Shown here: positions 13,975 to 22,256 of the stretch, one piece after another | Numbering within the stretch: the first letter of the stretch is position 1 | Layout: every line of letters begins with the position of its first letter | From: Armatimonadia bacterium | GTDB lineage: Bacteria > Armatimonadota > Zipacnadia > Zipacnadales > UBA11051 | Assembly: GCA_039683575.1 (NCBI GenBank) | Contig: JBDKRC010000115.1 | Span: 1-27,885 of the forward strand | Reading direction: 5' to 3' | DNA: 27,885 nt | The notes under the pieces: generated by a model | What the model saw: only the letters and a program-made list of their open reading frames with translations | Told to the model about the DNA's origin: nothing | Databases searched by the model: none | Translations under genes and position numbers: made by a program

Positions 13975-15036
13975 CTACAGGCCGCCGGCGTTTTGGATGC
14001 CTTTGGCTCCCGGCCACGTGGCGCGGGGCTCGAGGCTGCGCCAGTCGCAGTCCACGCGCCATTGACTGGCTGCTGTATGGGTATAGACGAGCCAGCCGTA
14101 CCTGGGGTCGGCTAGTTTGTACTGCCAGTCGCGATACTTCTTAGGACAGGGCGCGAGGCAGCGGGTTTCGGGAGCGGGCTGGTCGAGGGCGTCGCGCGTC
14201 CAGGGCTGGACGAGGAGCCACGGGCTGGCGCCGGTTTCCTCGAATTCGTGCGGCTCACGCCAGGGACCAAAAGCGCCGCCGGGATCGTAGTGGGTGGCCC
14301 AGTGGTGGTTGTCCGGCGCTCCCGAGGAGGCCAGGTCGCCGCAGGGGCCGATGCCCTCCGGGGCGGGCTGCCAATTGGCAGCGGTCTCGATCATGCTTGA
14401 GATTATCGCAAGGCGCTTTTTGAGCGCGCGGGCGTGGCTGGAGGAGAGGTTCTGGCGGCGGAGAGCGCCGTTGCGGGCGGAACGCAGGTGATCCCCAGCC
14501 GATTCCAGAGCGGCCTGCCGGTCCCACAGCCCCAGTATATCAGCCATCGACCACATGATGCAAAGCGCGGAGTAGTACTCCAGATGGCGCAGGGCATTGT
14601 CCACCTGGTCTACCTGCCGCAGGGCGAGGCCGATGGTGCGGTTGCCGTAGCAGGCGCGCTCTTGCTTGATCGCGTCGCGGAGGGCGCCGAGGCCGGTACG
14701 GGCGGTGCGGCGTTGGACTATGCCGGCATCTTTCTCGAGATACTGAGACCGCTGGGCGCGGTAGGCCTGGCGGATGGCGAGGTCCACCGGGCGGAAGGCC
14801 TGCCAGATGCAGTTGCCGGGAAGCTCGGCGGCCAGGGCGGCGACGGGCTCGGGCTGGGGGCGGGAGGCGCGGTCGGGCCAGGGGGACTGGTTGCGGTCGA
14901 GGGCGCACTGGGCGGCCTGCAGGTCTGCCAGCAGGCTCTGGGCGAGGCCCTGAGCGGCCGCGGTCTCGGCGAAGGCGGAACCGAGGGAAGACAGCATTAT
15001 CACAACCAGTGCGGGTGCCAGATATCTGGGCATCAT
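13975..15036 (-). CDS. Hypothetical secreted protein, ~353 aa
   Basis: GGAGG Shine-Dalgarno before ATGATGATG (exact start 15033-15039). Signal peptide ends AFA-E. Helical N-terminal part and Trp/Pro/Cys-rich C-terminal part. Confidence 0.65.
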   Translation of the reverse strand: MMPRYLAPALVVIMLSSLGSAFAETAAAQGLAQSLLADLQAAQCALDRNQSPWPDRASRPQPEPVAALAAELPGNCIWQAFRPVDLAIRQAYRAQRSQYLEKDAGIVQRRTARTGLGALRDAIKQERACYGNRTIGLALRQVDQVDNALRHLEYYSALCIMWSMADILGLWDRQAALESAGDHLRSARNGALRRQNLSSSHARALKKRLAIISSMIETAANWQPAPEGIGPCGDLASSGAPDNHHWATHYDPGGAFGPWREPHEFEETGASPWLLVQPWTRDALDQPAPETRCLAPCPKKYRDWQYKLADPRYGWLVYTHTAASQWRVDCDWRSLEPRATWPGAKGIQNAGGL

Positions 15037-15194
15037 CATCGCCTCCAAGTGACGAACCTGTCGGGCACCATGGTAAGCTGCGCGGGCCGCTCTGACAAGT
15101 GTAATTCTGTGAGTTCGCGTGGGAGCGGCGAGTTTCCTGCCCGGGCACGGCAGCAGGAAGTATGAGGGGCACGGCGAATCTATAGAACGAATTT

Positions 15195-15206
15195 CGAACA
15201 TGTTCG
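15195..15206. promoter_or_regulatory. Perfect 12-bp palindrome in the divergent promoter region (possible operator)
   Basis: CGAACATGTTCG in an AT-richer patch between two divergent genes. Confidence 0.3.
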
Positions 15207-15320
15207 GTCACTGAATGACAGGCGCCCGAAGGGGAAACCCCTGAGCAGGCGCTTCCGTTGCGGCCAGTGGGATGACGAAGCCGGTTGGCAGTTCATCGAT
15301 CTCATGGAGGCACAGGCATC

Positions 15321-18300
15321 ATGCGAATCACATCCGCGACCGCGCAGAGGGCTATCATCGCCGTGCTGGCGCTGCTCCCGTCGCTGGCGCTGGCCCAACC
15401 GCCAGGGCCCCCGGAGTGGCTGGAGAAGATCGACCCGACCAAGTATATCCTGCTGGCGGCCAACATGAAGCCCCCGTTCGCGTATGGCACGGACCCCCAG
15501 ATTGAGGCCCAGGGGCAGGGCACACGGATTGACGACGGTCAGGGGCATGTGACCGAGCAGACCATCTTCTTCATGTATGCGATGCAGACGGTCAAGCTGG
15601 CGCAACCGTTCGCCAATACGGCCGCGACCAACCCTCCCACAGCGATGCGCTGGGACATGAACTGGAACATGACCGTCGGCATCTACCAGAACGAGGAGAC
15701 CGCCAAAGCCGCCGTCCGCACGCACTATCTGTCGGATTTCGGGCCTTTCACCGCCGAGGATGAGAACTGTCTCAATGACGCGCGACTGCGCAACGGACGC
15801 GGGGCGGCGGGGGCGATGGGGCGTTTCGTGCGTTACCGCAACCTGATCCTGAAGATTGACACGGGTAACATCCAGGAGGTCAAAGGCAACCGGCAGAAGA
15901 TCGACTCCGACCTCTACAACGGGGCCTACGGGGGGGCCCAGAGCCACCAGCAGGACCTGATCGCGGCTTTGGCGCGCGTGTGGCTGGACAAGGTGGCGGG
16001 GCCGGACCGGGCGGACCTGCACGTGCAGAGCGACAAGGTCCTTTTGCGTTGGTGGACAGCGCACCCCACGGTTGAGCGCGAGCCTGCCGCCGATCAGCAG
16101 TACGTCGTCGTGCAGGTAGACAACCGCTCGGACAAGGTCGCCGCCGTGGGCGCGGAGGCACGGCTGCTGCTGGCCAAGCAGGGCGACGCGGAGATGCAGC
16201 CCATCAGTCGCCCGGTGCGTCTGCCGGACATCGCTCCGGGCGGGTCGCGGCTGGCCACCTTCTACTGGGACCTCGGGGGCAAGAGTATCGAGAACGCGGT
16301 GCTGCGGGTTGAGGTGGGCATTCCGAACGTCGAAGACGCCGACATGAATGACAACCAGTGCGACCTGAAATGCTCCATCTACCTGGCCCACAACGGCACC
16401 AGCGCCTACCGGTGGGTGGAGGATTCGTATTCGTTCAACAACTATGGCTTCACCGACCGCGAGGGGCAGGAGATGCTGGAGGGAATCCTCGCCACCATCA
16501 TCGGGCAGGTCTATACCGATCCCCAAGCCTCCACGCTGCTCACCCGCCTGATCTTCCCGCAGACCTACACGCGCTTCATGGACTATCTGCAGGCCAGCAT
16601 GAAGGAGGGCATTGGGGGACACTGCTACGGCCTGGCCGCCACCGCGGGCCTGTACTTTCTCGACCCCTCACTCCGACCCGGCGGGGGCCGGACCTGCGAC
16701 ATGACCCGCGACGCGGCCTCTGCTAACGTCAATCTCTACCAACGGGCACAGATGGTGCCCGTGGTGCAGGCCCTGCTCAGCGGCGATAACTACTTCGAGC
16801 GCAACTGGGGTCCAGTGACCTGCCTCAACACTGTCCGCAACATTCTGAAGACGCAGCGCAAACCAGTCATCCTGTCCATTGGCGGCGACAACCAGGTGCA
16901 AGAGCAGGTGATGGTCAACGGCGTTCCCCAGATGCAACAGGTCAACAAGTCGTGGGGACATGCGCTACTGGCTTACAAACTGGTAGAGGTGGAAGGCCGC
17001 CCGCCGGCAATCTACCTCTACGATCCGAACATCCCGCCGAAGGGCCAGTGGGCCACCCAGAACCCTTCGACCGGCTTCGGAATCAATGTCGGCGATAACA
17101 CCTGGTTTATGGCCTCCCAAATGTACGGGTGGTACGGAGGTGTTAACAGGATTGCAGCGCGGGAGGTAACCCGCGAGGTGTCCGTGGCCGAGGCCAACGC
17201 GGTCATTCCGCTGATCAAAGCCAAGCTGGCCGAGATGATGGCCTGGTTTGACAAGGCCGGCAAGCTGATGGCTACGTTGCACTGCCCGGCTGATGCCCTG
17301 TTCACCGACCCGCAGGGACGGCGGGTGGGGGTGCTCAATGGCAAGCCGATCAACGAGGTGCCCGGCGCGGAAATCCGGTCCTCCGGCGAGGTGGAGATCT
17401 ACATCCTGCCGCGAGATGTGGAGTTCTCGGTGCAGCTTACGGGCACCGGTTCGGGGCAGGCGGGGTTTGACATCATCCGCTCCAAGGGTGGGGTGCCAGA
17501 GGTTGTGATCTTCGACAAGCTGCCCGTCGGGAGTGGCAGCCGGCTGCAGGCGACGCTGGCCAAGGGGGGCGTGCTGGAGCGGATCACGGGCGAGGGTGGC
17601 AAGACATATGCGCCGACGCTGACGGGCACGCTGCAGGGCGACAGGGTGTCGTGGCAGAGTGGCTCACAGCAGCCCACGAATCAGCCCACGAATCAGCCGA
17701 CCAACCAGCCGACGGACCAGCCAACGGCTGTCGGCGAGCTGGTGGTGTGCCGTTCGGTGGCGGACGGCCAGGCGACGGGCGCAGGGGATAGTTTCCCGCG
17801 GCTGGCGAGTATCTCGTGCCTGCTGCGCTACCAGGGACTGACGCCACAGACGGCGACTTGCGTGTGGAAGCGGGACGGGACCGAGGTCCAGCGCTCACAG
17901 CGGGCGCTGCAAGGGGGCAATGGTTGGGTGACGTTCTCGTTGCGGACCGAGGACCCGGCGGGGCTGGCGGCGGGACGGTGGGAAGTCAGCATCGCGGGAG
18001 CCGGTAATACGGTGCTGGGACGGAAGGCGTTTACTATGGGGCCGCAGGCAACCTCGACGCCAACCGGGCAGCAGGGGAATCATGACGCGGACCTCAAGCT
18101 GACCGGGGGCGCCAGTTCCGTGCCGGGGCCGACGCGGTACCCGACCGATAGCGGCAAGTTGCGGATGAAGGTGATCTATACGGCGCCCGGCACGATTCTG
18201 GACACGGTGGGGATCAATGCCGCGACGCCGGGGGATTTCACCATCAGGATAGATGGCGAGGACCGGCTTAGCTGGCAGATCTACAACCCGTCAGTGCCGG

Positions 18301-18569
18301 GGGCACACCGCATCTCCAATGGCTGGCATGTGCTGACGGTGGCCCACAAGCTCAAGCCGGGGCAGTGGTATACCTTCGAGGCAAGGTGGGGAGCTAACGG
18401 GCTGGACCTGAAAGCGCACACGGGCTGGGAGATCCACGATCCGGTGAGGCTGAAGCTGTCGGGCAAGCCGATCTTCATCGGGGACTTCCCCGGCGACGCG
18501 TCCTGGGGAGCGGGCTACAACATCAACCAGTCATTCACGGGGAAGGTAGCCGACCTGCGCATCGAGTAG
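15321..18569 (+). CDS. Large secreted multidomain protein (CARDB/Ig-like, papain-like Cys-His-Asp domain, QPTN linker, C-terminal LamG-like beta domain), ~1082 aa
   Basis: GGAGG Shine-Dalgarno before ATG 15321 and a signal peptide ending ALA-Q. 'VEDADMNDNQ' resembles a CARDB end. 'GGHCYGLA', 'WGHALLAY' and 'IYLYDPN' give the triad. 'PGQWY...IFIG...SFTGKVADLRI' is LamG-like. Confidence 0.75.
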   Translation: MRITSATAQRAIIAVLALLPSLALAQPPGPPEWLEKIDPTKYILLAANMKPPFAYGTDPQIEAQGQGTRIDDGQGHVTEQTIFFMYAMQTVKLAQPFANTAATNPPTAMRWDMNWNMTVGIYQNEETAKAAVRTHYLSDFGPFTAEDENCLNDARLRNGRGAAGAMGRFVRYRNLILKIDTGNIQEVKGNRQKIDSDLYNGAYGGAQSHQQDLIAALARVWLDKVAGPDRADLHVQSDKVLLRWWTAHPTVEREPAADQQYVVVQVDNRSDKVAAVGAEARLLLAKQGDAEMQPISRPVRLPDIAPGGSRLATFYWDLGGKSIENAVLRVEVGIPNVEDADMNDNQCDLKCSIYLAHNGTSAYRWVEDSYSFNNYGFTDREGQEMLEGILATIIGQVYTDPQASTLLTRLIFPQTYTRFMDYLQASMKEGIGGHCYGLAATAGLYFLDPSLRPGGGRTCDMTRDAASANVNLYQRAQMVPVVQALLSGDNYFERNWGPVTCLNTVRNILKTQRKPVILSIGGDNQVQEQVMVNGVPQMQQVNKSWGHALLAYKLVEVEGRPPAIYLYDPNIPPKGQWATQNPSTGFGINVGDNTWFMASQMYGWYGGVNRIAAREVTREVSVAEANAVIPLIKAKLAEMMAWFDKAGKLMATLHCPADALFTDPQGRRVGVLNGKPINEVPGAEIRSSGEVEIYILPRDVEFSVQLTGTGSGQAGFDIIRSKGGVPEVVIFDKLPVGSGSRLQATLAKGGVLERITGEGGKTYAPTLTGTLQGDRVSWQSGSQQPTNQPTNQPTNQPTDQPTAVGELVVCRSVADGQATGAGDSFPRLASISCLLRYQGLTPQTATCVWKRDGTEVQRSQRALQGGNGWVTFSLRTEDPAGLAAGRWEVSIAGAGNTVLGRKAFTMGPQATSTPTGQQGNHDADLKLTGGASSVPGPTRYPTDSGKLRMKVIYTAPGTILDTVGINAATPGDFTIRIDGEDRLSWQIYNPSVPGAHRISNGWHVLTVAHKLKPGQWYTFEARWGANGLDLKAHTGWEIHDPVRLKLSGKPIFIGDFPGDASWGAGYNINQSFTGKVADLRIE

Positions 18570-18596
18570 CGCGGGCGACTGAGTGGAGCGAAAGGA

Positions 18597-18622
18597 CAGG
18601 GGCCGGCATGTGCCGGCCCCTG
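18597..18622. terminator. Hairpin between convergent genes
   Basis: CAGGGGCCGGCA-TG-TGCCGGCCCCTG, with the same stem core as 3962-3992 but no strong U-tract. Confidence 0.5.
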
Positions 18623-18651
18623 ATTGCGTGTGGTGGTCTGCAGCGGCGGAC

Positions 18652-19671
18652 TCAGGCGGCTGGCTGCAGGCTCCTAACATACTGCATGATGACGTCAAAC
18701 ACGGCCTTTGCCTTGACGTAGTCGATGTGCCCGGGGGTGTCTGAGGACTTGTGGTTGCACGCGCGATCCTCGCCCCAAGCGAAGCAGATGATGGGGATGC
18801 CAGCATCGTGGAACGGGGCGTAGTCGCTCTTGCCGCCGAACTGGTCGTATTCGCAGGAGACGCCGAGGGTGGTCGCAAGGTTGAGGCAGGTGCGGGAGGA
18901 GGGCTGACCTTTGGTGCTGAGGTCGCCGATTTCGAGGGTGTCCGACCCGGCGCCGACCATGTCCATGTTGATCATGGCGATGATGGACTTGCGCTCGGCG
19001 GGGCTGAGGCTTTGGACGTAGGCTTTCGAGCCGGTACGGCCGGTGCCTTTGACGGACTTGCCGTTGGTGTACCTGCCCTCTTCGGCGCCGAAGGCCACGA
19101 ACTTGATCGTCGGCGTGTTCTTTTCGCGGATAAGGAGGCGCGCCAGTTCGAGCATGACGGCCGCGCCGCTGGCGTTGTCGTTGGCGCCGGGGGAGGCCGC
19201 GACGCTGTCGTAGTGGGCGCCGATGACGAGCAGTTTGGCGTCGCCGCGCTTGGTGGCGATGAGGTTTTCGGAGGACTTCCCATTCCAGAGGCGGACGGGC
19301 TGGCGGTCTACTTTGTAGCCGAAGGCGGTTAGCTTGTCATAGAGGTAGTCTCCGGCCTGGGCTTCGGCGTCATAGCCGGTGGGACGGGGGCCGATGGTGC
19401 CGGCGAGGTATTGCACGTGGCCGCGCACGCGGGCTTCGTCCCAGACCATGGCGGCGGGAAGGGAAGCCGGGGCGGCGGCGATGGGCGGCGGGGCGGCGGG
19501 GTTCTGTGCGTCGGGAACGACCGGGGCCGCGGCGACCGACTGGTGCTGGCCCAGCATGGTACCGAGAAGCCAGCCGGCAAGGAAGATTGCCAGACCGAGG
19601 CTGAGGGTCATGACGGCGGGCCAGAGGAGCGAGTGCGAGCGAGAGGCGGCTAGCGGTGAGTTTTGGACCAT
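18652..19671 (-). CDS. Membrane-anchored M28 family zinc peptidase, ~339 aa
   Basis: 'GAHYDS', 'GANDNASG', 'FGAEEG', 'NMDMVG', 'SDYAPF' and 'HKSSD'. N-terminal TM helix and Pro/Ala linker. Start is uncertain and overlaps the kinase 3' end. Confidence 0.88.
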   Translation of the reverse strand: MVQNSPLAASRSHSLLWPAVMTLSLGLAIFLAGWLLGTMLGQHQSVAAAPVVPDAQNPAAPPPIAAAPASLPAAMVWDEARVRGHVQYLAGTIGPRPTGYDAEAQAGDYLYDKLTAFGYKVDRQPVRLWNGKSSENLIATKRGDAKLLVIGAHYDSVAASPGANDNASGAAVMLELARLLIREKNTPTIKFVAFGAEEGRYTNGKSVKGTGRTGSKAYVQSLSPAERKSIIAMINMDMVGAGSDTLEIGDLSTKGQPSSRTCLNLATTLGVSCEYDQFGGKSDYAPFHDAGIPIICFAWGEDRACNHKSSDTPGHIDYVKAKAVFDVIMQYVRSLQPAA

Positions 19672-21149
19672 ATCTTCTGGAAGTTCTCCCTGTAGAGGCG
19701 CCATTCGCCGTTACGTTTGGTGTAGGTGTGCGTGACGTTGGCGCTGCTTTCGTAGTTTGAGGCGGGGCCCCAGCCGTGATAGTACTGGACGAATTGAACA
19801 GTGGCCTTGGACCCGTCCACATGGGTGCGAAGGTTGCTGAGTTCAACCTCTTTGTTCGGCTGGCGGCGATTCTCCTTCACGTTCCAGGCACGGTAGCCCT
19901 CCCGGTTCATCTCGTCAACGACACCATCAGACCACAGGCAGGCAGCCTGGGTATCAGCGTCATTGCTTTCCCAGGCGGCACGCCAGCGTTCGACTACGGC
20001 TTCGACGGCGGCGGCTTCCTCTTCGGGAGTCGGGACGGGAGGCGGCGCTGTGGAGTTGGGATCTACCACGGGGCCGGGCGTGAGCGCGCCCTCCTGACCC
20101 GGGGGTTGGACGGGCTGCGGTGTTGCGGGACTGTGGCCCTGGCCGAGGAGGATGCCGGCAGTGAGTACCAGGCCGATCCCAAGGATGGCACAGAGGATCA
20201 CGAGCGGGATGACGACGTTGCTTGAGCGAGGAGGCGGGGGAGGCGGAGGTGGCGGCGCGATGATGGTGCGCTGAGGTACGGGGACGGGCGGCGGCGGGGC
20301 GACGGGAAGGGGGACGGGGATGTTCAGGGGCTGGCCGGCGGCGAAGGCACGGAGGGCGGCGGCCACTTCACCCGCCGAGGCGAAGCGCTGGGAGGGCTCC
20401 AGGGCGAGGCACCGGAGGATGATGGCTTCGAGCGCGGGCGGGAGGGCCGGGCAGTACTGGCGCGGGGGGACCGGCGAGGTCGTGAGGCGCTGCATGGCGC
20501 GTGACATGGGGGTCTCGCCCGCGAAAGGCTCGCGCCCGCAGACCATGCGGTAGAGCACGAGGCCGAGGGAGTAGAGATCGGAGCGGCCATCCACGGGGTT
20601 GCCCTTGATCTGCTCGGGGGAGGCGTACTCGGGCGTGCCGACGGACATGCCGGTGCTGGTAATGCGGATCTCGTCGGCGGCCTGAGCGATGCCGAAGTCG
20701 GTGACGACCGGCAGGCCCATCTCGCTGAGCAGGATGTTGCCGGGCTTCACGTCCCGGTGGACGATGCCCTGCCGGTGGGCGTAGTCGAGGGCTTCGGCGA
20801 CGGGGATGATCAGCTGGGCAGCGCGGCGGGGGTCGAGGACGGGCTCTTTGGTGAGGAGGTCGTCGAGGGTGCCGCCGGTGAGAAGCTGCATGGCCATGTA
20901 GGGCAGGTCGCCATCCTGGCCCGCCACGTAGACGGTGGCGATGCTGGGGTGCTGGGCGAGAGCGGCCATGCGCTGGGCCTCGCGCTGGAAGCGCTGGACG
21001 ACGCCGGGCTCCTGGGCGAGGTGCGGCGGCAGGACCTTGAGTGCGACCGGGCGGCGGGGATTGTCCTGCATGGCCTCATAGACCACGCCCATGCCGCCAC
21101 GGCCAAGCTCGCGGGTGATGGTGAAACCGCCGACGGTGGTTCCGATCAT
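19650..21149 (-). CDS. Hanks-type Ser/Thr protein kinase with TM and C-terminal NTF2/SnoaL-like domain, 499 aa
   Basis: GRGGMG, VALK, HRDVKPGN, DFG, GTPEY and DLYSLG motifs, then a TM helix. C-terminus 'VEAVVERWRAAWESND...ATVQFVQYY...GEWRLYRE'. Confidence 0.93.
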   Translation of the reverse strand: MIGTTVGGFTITRELGRGGMGVVYEAMQDNPRRPVALKVLPPHLAQEPGVVQRFQREAQRMAALAQHPSIATVYVAGQDGDLPYMAMQLLTGGTLDDLLTKEPVLDPRRAAQLIIPVAEALDYAHRQGIVHRDVKPGNILLSEMGLPVVTDFGIAQAADEIRITSTGMSVGTPEYASPEQIKGNPVDGRSDLYSLGLVLYRMVCGREPFAGETPMSRAMQRLTTSPVPPRQYCPALPPALEAIILRCLALEPSQRFASAGEVAAALRAFAAGQPLNIPVPLPVAPPPPVPVPQRTIIAPPPPPPPPPRSSNVVIPLVILCAILGIGLVLTAGILLGQGHSPATPQPVQPPGQEGALTPGPVVDPNSTAPPPVPTPEEEAAAVEAVVERWRAAWESNDADTQAACLWSDGVVDEMNREGYRAWNVKENRRQPNKEVELSNLRTHVDGSKATVQFVQYYHGWGPASNYESSANVTHTYTKRNGEWRLYRENFQKIWSKTHR

Positions 21150-22228
21150 TGCTTTGCGGTCCCCTTCGTGGGTTCGAGGGTCGCTCGTTTGGGCGAGGAG
21201 GCAGCGGGCTGCTTCCTGGCGGGCTTCGGTTTGGCTTTGGCGACCGGTTTGGAGGCGGGTTGGGACGAACCGCTGAGGGAGCAGGTGATGGCGGCCAGCA
21301 TGGCCTCGCGGTTGGCCGACCAGTGGCCGCTACCGGCGGGGAACTCGACCGTGAGCATGGCGGCTCCGAGTGAGAGGCCGCAGTAGTCGCCGAAGCTGCC
21401 GGGAGTTGGATAGCCGATGTCTTCCTTGATCGGATAGCCGTTGCAGCGCTTCATGGCGCGGGCCATGTGGATGCCCGTGCCGGTGGGGTTCAGGCAGCGC
21501 AGAGGCTGGTGGAGGTTGATGACCTTGTCCGGCGGGTATTGCCGCAGCAGCTTGGCGACGGCCTGGGTCTCAGGTTCCGAGAGAGGTCTGGGGCCGGGGT
21601 TGTACTTGTCTTTGGCGGCCTTGGGACGCCAGTTGCGGGACCAATTGCGGTTGATGTCCACCTTGTGGGCGTTCACGCGGGTGCCCGCGGCGAGGCCGTC
21701 GGGGTTGACCGCCGGGACGATGATGACCTGCCGGCCCTTGAGCGCGGAGGGGGTGGACTGAAGGTACTTGAGGAGTGAACGGCAGACGTTGACGCCGTCG
21801 GGTTCGTTGCCGTGGAAGCCGCCGAGGACGACCACTCTCTCGCTGCCGGAGCCAAGGCGGTAGGCGACGATGGACTTGCCGCGAACGGAGGTGCCGATGG
21901 TGAAGCTGCCTGAAGCGGGCTTGGCTGCCTTCTTGGCAGGCGCTTTGGCGGGTGCTTTGGCCGGCAGGCTGGCGACGGTGACGGGCGCGGGGGCCTGAGG
22001 CGTCGGCAGGGCGGGCTGCACCAGAGGCGCGGGAGGTGCCGCAGCGGGTGTGAGGCCGGGCGGCGGAATGGGCGTGTCCGTGGGCTGCACGGCAGCCGGC
22101 GGGGGTGGGGTTGGTTTGGGTACGGTCATGGCTTGCACCAGGGCAACGACTTGAATGATGATGCCGAGGGCGAGAATGGCCCCGACGATTGGTATCCAGT
22201 GTTTGAGAAGTGTGTTTCCGATGGACAT
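21146..22228 (-). CDS. mpaA: Membrane-anchored M14 zinc carboxypeptidase, murein peptide amidase A-like, ~360 aa
   Basis: 'HGNE', 'NPDG...TRVNAHKVDINRNW', 'SEPET', 'LHQP', 'IGYPTPGSFG' and 'TVEFP'. N-terminal TM and Pro/Ala/Lys linker. Confidence 0.85.
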   Translation of the reverse strand: MSIGNTLLKHWIPIVGAILALGIIIQVVALVQAMTVPKPTPPPPAAVQPTDTPIPPPGLTPAAAPPAPLVQPALPTPQAPAPVTVASLPAKAPAKAPAKKAAKPASGSFTIGTSVRGKSIVAYRLGSGSERVVVLGGFHGNEPDGVNVCRSLLKYLQSTPSALKGRQVIIVPAVNPDGLAAGTRVNAHKVDINRNWSRNWRPKAAKDKYNPGPRPLSEPETQAVAKLLRQYPPDKVINLHQPLRCLNPTGTGIHMARAMKRCNGYPIKEDIGYPTPGSFGDYCGLSLGAAMLTVEFPAGSGHWSANREAMLAAITCSLSGSSQPASKPVAKAKPKPARKQPAASSPKRATLEPTKGTAKQ

Positions 22229-22256
22229 GCGGTCCCCCAAAGGGCTGTGATAGTTG

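Noticed and set aside
13502-14062. ORFs with SAVSRQP repeats, and ORF 11484-12122
   Set aside because: They are translations of the heptamer microsatellite and the REP arrays.
15184-15206. Gram-positive-type LexA (SOS) box
   Set aside because: The canonical box is GAAC-N4-GTTC and here the spacing is N2. Kept only as a generic palindrome.
15215-15265. Glycine or c-di-AMP riboswitch-like segment (GGCGCCCGAAGGGGAAACCCCTGAGCAGGC)
   Set aside because: Only a short GAAA-capped hairpin resembles them. The GGAGA/CUCUCAGG and other conserved elements are missing.
15180-16622. 480-aa minus-strand ORF
   Set aside because: Antisense shadow of the 15321-18569 gene, which has the Shine-Dalgarno, signal peptide and domain motifs.
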